Below are positions 56,897 through 64,000 of a stretch of DNA of 64,000 bases, one piece after another; position 1 is the stretch's first letter, and each line of letters starts with the position of its first letter. Position numbers and translations under genes: made by a program. The DNA is from the human T2T-CHM13v2.0 reference genome, Homo sapiens. Below the pieces are notes generated by a model that worked only from the letters and a program-made list of their open reading frames with translations, was not told the DNA's origin and searched no databases. The stretch lies in NCBI RefSeq assembly GCF_009914755.1, contig NC_060948.1. The stretch is one strand, 5' to 3'.

Positions 56897-59000
56897 AGAT
56901 CCATATTTTTTAAAAGAAAAAAAATTTCAAAGGTACTCTGCTTGGTACAATAATCAAATGTATAAACTGAGGAATAAAACATAACCATGAAACCTACTTA
57001 TAACTGTATACGGAAAATACAGAGGATAATTTTTTAAATAACATATTTTGAAAGCCTTAACTAGTAATTTGAAGAGTTGGCATTTGAAAGGCCAGTATGA
57101 ATATACCTTCAAAGCAGCAACACAGGTTCCCCATGAGAAAAAGCAAACTCAGGGAAAATAAAACCACAAAGGTTCCATCTCTTCTGACCTTTGAAAGACA
57201 CAGCACAGACAGTGGTCCTTAGGACGAAGAGCAGGAGACCCCTAATTCCGTCACCATGGCGATAGGGCATAAACATTGCTGGGTGAGGGCACAATCCACA
57301 TTGTGAGGTCCAACTGCTGCCAGGAAGACAGGAGTGCTTTTACATAGACCGAAAGGTCATTGAAGGCTCAGAGTTTTGTTTCAAGAACTGAATCCCAAGC
57401 CCACACGTTATTAGGCTGCGCTTCTTAAAACAAGTTATGAGATGGGAAAAAGGGCACCCACAAACATACGTATACATTATGTATATAATAATATACAGTA
57501 TCATATATATAATATATATAACCTATGTATAATATTGTTTTACATCCTGCATCTTATGTTATATATATTGTATAAAATATAATAATTCATAATATATAAG
57601 TTTTATAATTATACAATATGACATATAGTATATATTATAATTTATGACATATATAATATATGTTATATATCATATATAGAATATATTATACGGTTAATAT
57701 ACGTATTAAATATAAATTATACATTATATATATTATATATAATATATCTGTTATATATAATACCCATTATGCATAATATATATGTTATGTCTATGTTATA
57801 TATAGTATAAAACAACATATAATAATATATAATTGTACATATAAAATGTGACATATAATATATATTATATTTTATAACATATGTAATATATATTATATAT
57901 TATATATAATACGTTGTATGTATAATACCTATATTAAATATATATTATATGACTATGTTATTAATTACATGTCACATGTGTTATATATTATATATTTTAC
58001 ATAGAATATACCGGTTACATACAATATATACTATGTTTCCTATAATGTATAATTTATTACATGTAAAATAAAGAATGCAATATATTATGTAAAATTTATA
58101 ACATACAATATGTGGAATGTGATATATATAACATATAATATATGATATATGATATACAGTATATCATATATAATATACAATATATGATTCCTAATATATA
58201 TGGTATACAATATATATTTATGATATGTATTCTATATGTTTTATATTCTGTTATATATAACTATTTGAAATTACATATAACTGTATAATATTTTATGTAA
58301 ATATGTAATATAATATATATAACTATATAATATATTATATATAACTATATATTATGTTATATATACTTTTATAACATAATTTACATAAAATATCATAATA
58401 TAATATATATTATATTATTTCATATTACATAATATATATTACATATCACCCAATATAACTAACATACATAATATTATAATATAGATTATATTATGTTATA
58501 TTAAATATCATATATATCATGTATCATATATTCTATAATATATATTACACATTATATAATATGTATGTTGTCTATTATGTGATATATATAACTATATATA
58601 TAATTATATATTTATACATATAACTAGATAAACATGTAATTCTACATATTTTCATTTATAATATGTAGAATTATATAATCATATATAATTATTTATATTC
58701 TATAAAAAATTTTATCATTATATAAATTATAATATATAAAAATTATAATATGTACTACAAATATATATATTATATATCATATATTATATAGTACCTTTGT
58801 TATATATCATAATACATATAAATGTGTATTATGTTATCTATAATTATATAATTTCATATATAAGATGTATAATATGTATCATATATTATATATGTTATGT
58901 AATATATACAGTATATATAAGATGACACAGGATAAATATTATATACTATGACATATAAAATATATGAGGTTATATGTTACATATAAGGCATAGCACATAA

Positions 59001-59315
<315 letters not shown>

Positions 59316-61420
59316 AGATCCATATTTTTTAAATGAAAAAAAATTTCAAAGGTACTCTGCTTGGTACAATAATCAAATGTATAAACTGAGGAATAAAACA
59401 TAACCATGAAACCTACTTATAACTGCATATGGAAAATACAGAGGATAATTTTTTAAATAACATATTTTGAAAGCCTTAACTAGTAATTTGAAGAGTTGGC
59501 ATTTGAAAGGCCAGTATGAATATACCTTCAAAGCAGCAACACAGGTTCCCCATGAGAATAAGCAAACACAGGGGAAATAAAAACACAAAGGTTCAATCTC
59601 TTCTGACCTTTGAAAGACACAGCACAGACAGTGGTCCTTAGGACGAAGAGCAGGAGACCCCTAATTCCGTCACCATGGCGATAGGGCATAAACATTGCTG
59701 GGTGAGGGCACAATCCACATTGTGAGGTCCAACTGCTGCCAGGAATACAGGAGTGCTTTTACATAGACCGAAAGGTCATTGAAGGCTCAGAGTTTTGTTT
59801 CAAGAACTGAATCCCAAGCCCACACGTTATTAGGCTGCGCTTCTTAAAACAAGTTATGAGATGGGAAAAAGGGCACCCACAAACATACGTATACATTATG
59901 TATATAATAATATACAGTATCATATATATAATATATATAACCTATGTATAATATTGTTTTACATCCTGCATCTTATGTTATATATATTGTATAAAATATA
60001 ATAATTGATAATATATAAGTTTTATAATTATACAATAAGACATACAGTATATATTATAATTTATGACATTTATAGTATATGTTATATATCATATATAGAA
60101 TATATTATACGGTTAATATACGTATTAAATATAAATTATACATTATATATATTATATATAATATATCTGTTATATATAATACCCATTATGCATAATATAT
60201 ATATTATGTCTATGTTATATATAGTATAAAACAACATATAATAATATATAATTGTATATATAAAATGCCACATATAATATATATTATATTTTCTAACATA
60301 TGTAATATATATTATATATTATATATAATACGTTGTATGTATAATACCTATATTAAATATATGTTATATGACTATGTTATTAATTACATGTCACATGTGT
60401 TATATATTATATATTTTACATAGAATATACCGGTTACATACAATATATACTATGTTACGTATAATGTATAATTTATTACATGTAAAATAAAGAATGCAAT
60501 ATATTATGTATAATTTATAATATACAATATGTGGAATGTGATATATATAACATATAATATATGATATATGATATACAGTATATGATATATAACATACAAT
60601 ATATGATTCCTAATATATATGGTATACAATATATATTTTATGATATGTATTCTATATGTTTTATATTCTGTTATATATAACTATTTGAAATTATATATAA
60701 CTGTATAATATTTTATGTAAATATGTAATATAATATATATAACTATATAATATATTATATATAACTATATATTATGTTATATATTCTTTTATAACATAAT
60801 TTACATAAAATATCATAATATAATATATATTATATTATTTCATATTACATAATATATATTACATATCACCCAATATAACTATCATACATAATATTATAAT
60901 ATAGATTATATTATGTTATGTTAAATATCATATATATCATGTATCATATATTCTATAATATATATTACACATTATATAATATGTATGTTGTCTATTATGT
61001 GATATATATAACTCTATATATAATTATATTTTTATACATATAACTAGATAAACATGTAATTCTACATATTTTCATTTATAATATGTAGAATTATATAATC
61101 ATATATAATTATTTATATTCTATAAAAAATTTTATCATTATATAAATTATAATATATAAAAATTATAATATGTACTACAAATATATATACTATATATCAT
61201 ATATGATATAGTACCTTTGTTATATATCATAATACATATAAATGTGTATTATGTTATCTATAATTATATAATTTCATATATAAGATGTATAATATGTATC
61301 ATATATTATATATGTTATGTAATATATATAGAATATATAAGATGACACAGGATAAATATTATATACTATGACATATAAAATATATGAGGTTATATGTTAC
61401 ATATAAGGCATAGCACATAA

Positions 61421-61735
<315 letters not shown>

Positions 61736-63856
61736 AGATCCATATTTTTTAAATGAAAAAAAATTTCAAAGGTACTCTGCTTGGTACAATAATCAAATGC
61801 ATAAACTCAGGAATAAAACATAACCATGAAACCTACTTATAACTGCATATGGAAAATACAGAGGATAATTTTTTAAATAACATATTTTGAAAGCCTTAAC
61901 TAGTAATTTGAAGAGTTGGCATTTGAAAGGCCAGTATGAATATACCTTCAAAGCAGCAACACAGGTTCCCCATGAGAAAAAGCAAACACAGGGAAAATAA
62001 AACCACAAAGGTTCAATCTCTTCTGACCTTTGAAAGACACAGCACAGACAGTGGTCCTTAGGACGAAGAGCAGGAGACCCCTAATTCCGTCACCATGGCG
62101 ATAGGGCATAAACATTGCTGGGTGAGGGCACAATCCACATTGTGAGGTCCAACTGCTGCCAGGAAGACAGGAGTGCTTTTACATAGACCGAAAGGTCATT
62201 GAAGGCTCAGAGTTTTGTTTCAAGAACTGAATCCCAAGCCCACACGTTATTAGGCTGCGCTTCTTAAAACAAGTTATGAGATGGGAAAAAGGGCACCCAC
62301 AAACATACGTATACATTATGTATATAATAATATACAGTATCATATATATAATATATATAACCTATGTATAATATTGTTTTACATCCTGCATCTTATGTTA
62401 TATATATTGTATAAAATATAATAATTGATAATATATAAGTTTTATAATTATACAATACGACATATAGTATATATTATAATTTATGACATATATAATATAT
62501 GTTATATATCATATATAGAATATATTATACGGTTAATATACGTATTAAATATAAATTATACATTATATATATTATATATAATATATCTGTTATATATAAT
62601 ACCCATTATGCATAATATATATATTATGTCTATGTTATATATAGTATAAAACAACATATAATAATATATAATTGTATATATAAAATGCGACATATAATAT
62701 ATATTATATTTTATAACATATGTAATATATATTATATATAATACGTTGTATGTATAATACCTATATTAAATATATATTATATGACTATGTTATTAATTAC
62801 ATGTCACATGTGTTATATATTATATATTTTACATAGAATATACCGGTTATATACAATATATACTATGTTACCTATAATGTATAATTTATTACATGTAAAA
62901 TAAAGAATGCAATATATTATGTATAATTTATAATATACAATATGTGGAATGTGATATATATTACATATAATATATGACATATGATATACAGTATATGATA
63001 TATAACATACAATATATGATACCTAGTATATATGGTATACAATATATATTTTATGATATGTATTCTATATGTTATATATTCTGTTATATATAACTGTTTG
63101 AAATTATATATAACTGTATAATATTTTATGTAAATATGTAATATAATATATATAACTATATAATATATTATATATAACTATATATTATGTTATATATACT
63201 TTTATATCATAATTTACATAAAATGTCATAATATAATATATAATATATTATTTCATATTACATAATATATATTACATATCACCCAATATAAGTAACATAC
63301 ATAATATTATAATATAGATTATATTATGTTATGTTAAATATCATATATATCATGTATCATATATTCTATAATATATATTATATATTATATAATATGTATG
63401 TTGTCTATTATGTGATATATATAAGTATATATAATTATATTATTATACATATAACTAGATAAACATGTAATTCTACATATTTTCATTTATAATATATAGA
63501 ATTATATAATCATATATAATTATTTATATTCTATAAAAAATTATATCATTATATAAATTATAATATATAAAAATTATAATATGTACTACAAATATATATA
63601 TATTATATATCATATATGATATAGTACCTTTGTTATATATCATAATACATATAAATGTGTATTATGTTATCTATAATTATATAATTTCATATATAAGATG
63701 TATAATATGTATCATATATTATATATGTTATGTAATATATATAGTATATATAAGCTGACACAGGATAAATATTATATACTATGACATATAAAATATATGA
63801 GGTTATATGTTACATAGAAGGCATAGCACATAACATGTAATATATATCATATATAA

Positions 63857-64000
<144 letters not shown>

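Overview
The whole 64-kb window is a head-to-tail tandem array of a ~2,420-bp composite repeat (26 complete units plus a partial 27th). It matches human HSat1B/DYZ2 satellite, most likely Yq12 heterochromatin. Each unit has a ~1.56-kb degenerate AT-rich block, a ~290-bp slightly 5'-truncated Alu on the minus strand, and a ~570-bp HSATI-type segment. The predicted 2,146-bp HaeIII fragment fits the classical male-specific ~2.1-kb band. I see no credible protein or RNA genes; the ORFs are chance frames copied with the repeat. The main interest is the variant architecture. There is a 14-unit, 33,871-bp higher-order period made of about 9 near-identical units and about 5 diverged units, and the diverged units carry more Alu-ancestral alleles. 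Different nested 4.84-kb dimer patterns occur in the two higher-order copies, alongside chimeric units, compensating 2-bp indels and an old ~230-bp duplication inside the AT-rich block. Units are numbered from 'aagaatgcaa', with starts U1 1, U2 2421, U3 4841, U4 7261, U5 9681, U6 12101, U7 14521, U8 16941, U9 19361, U10 21781, U11 24200, U12 26619, U13 29032, U14 31452, U15 33870, U16 36292, U17 38712, U18 41132, U19 43552, U20 45972, U21 48392, U22 50812, U23 53232, U24 55652, U25 58071, U26 60490, U27 62903. All variant comparisons were done by eye.
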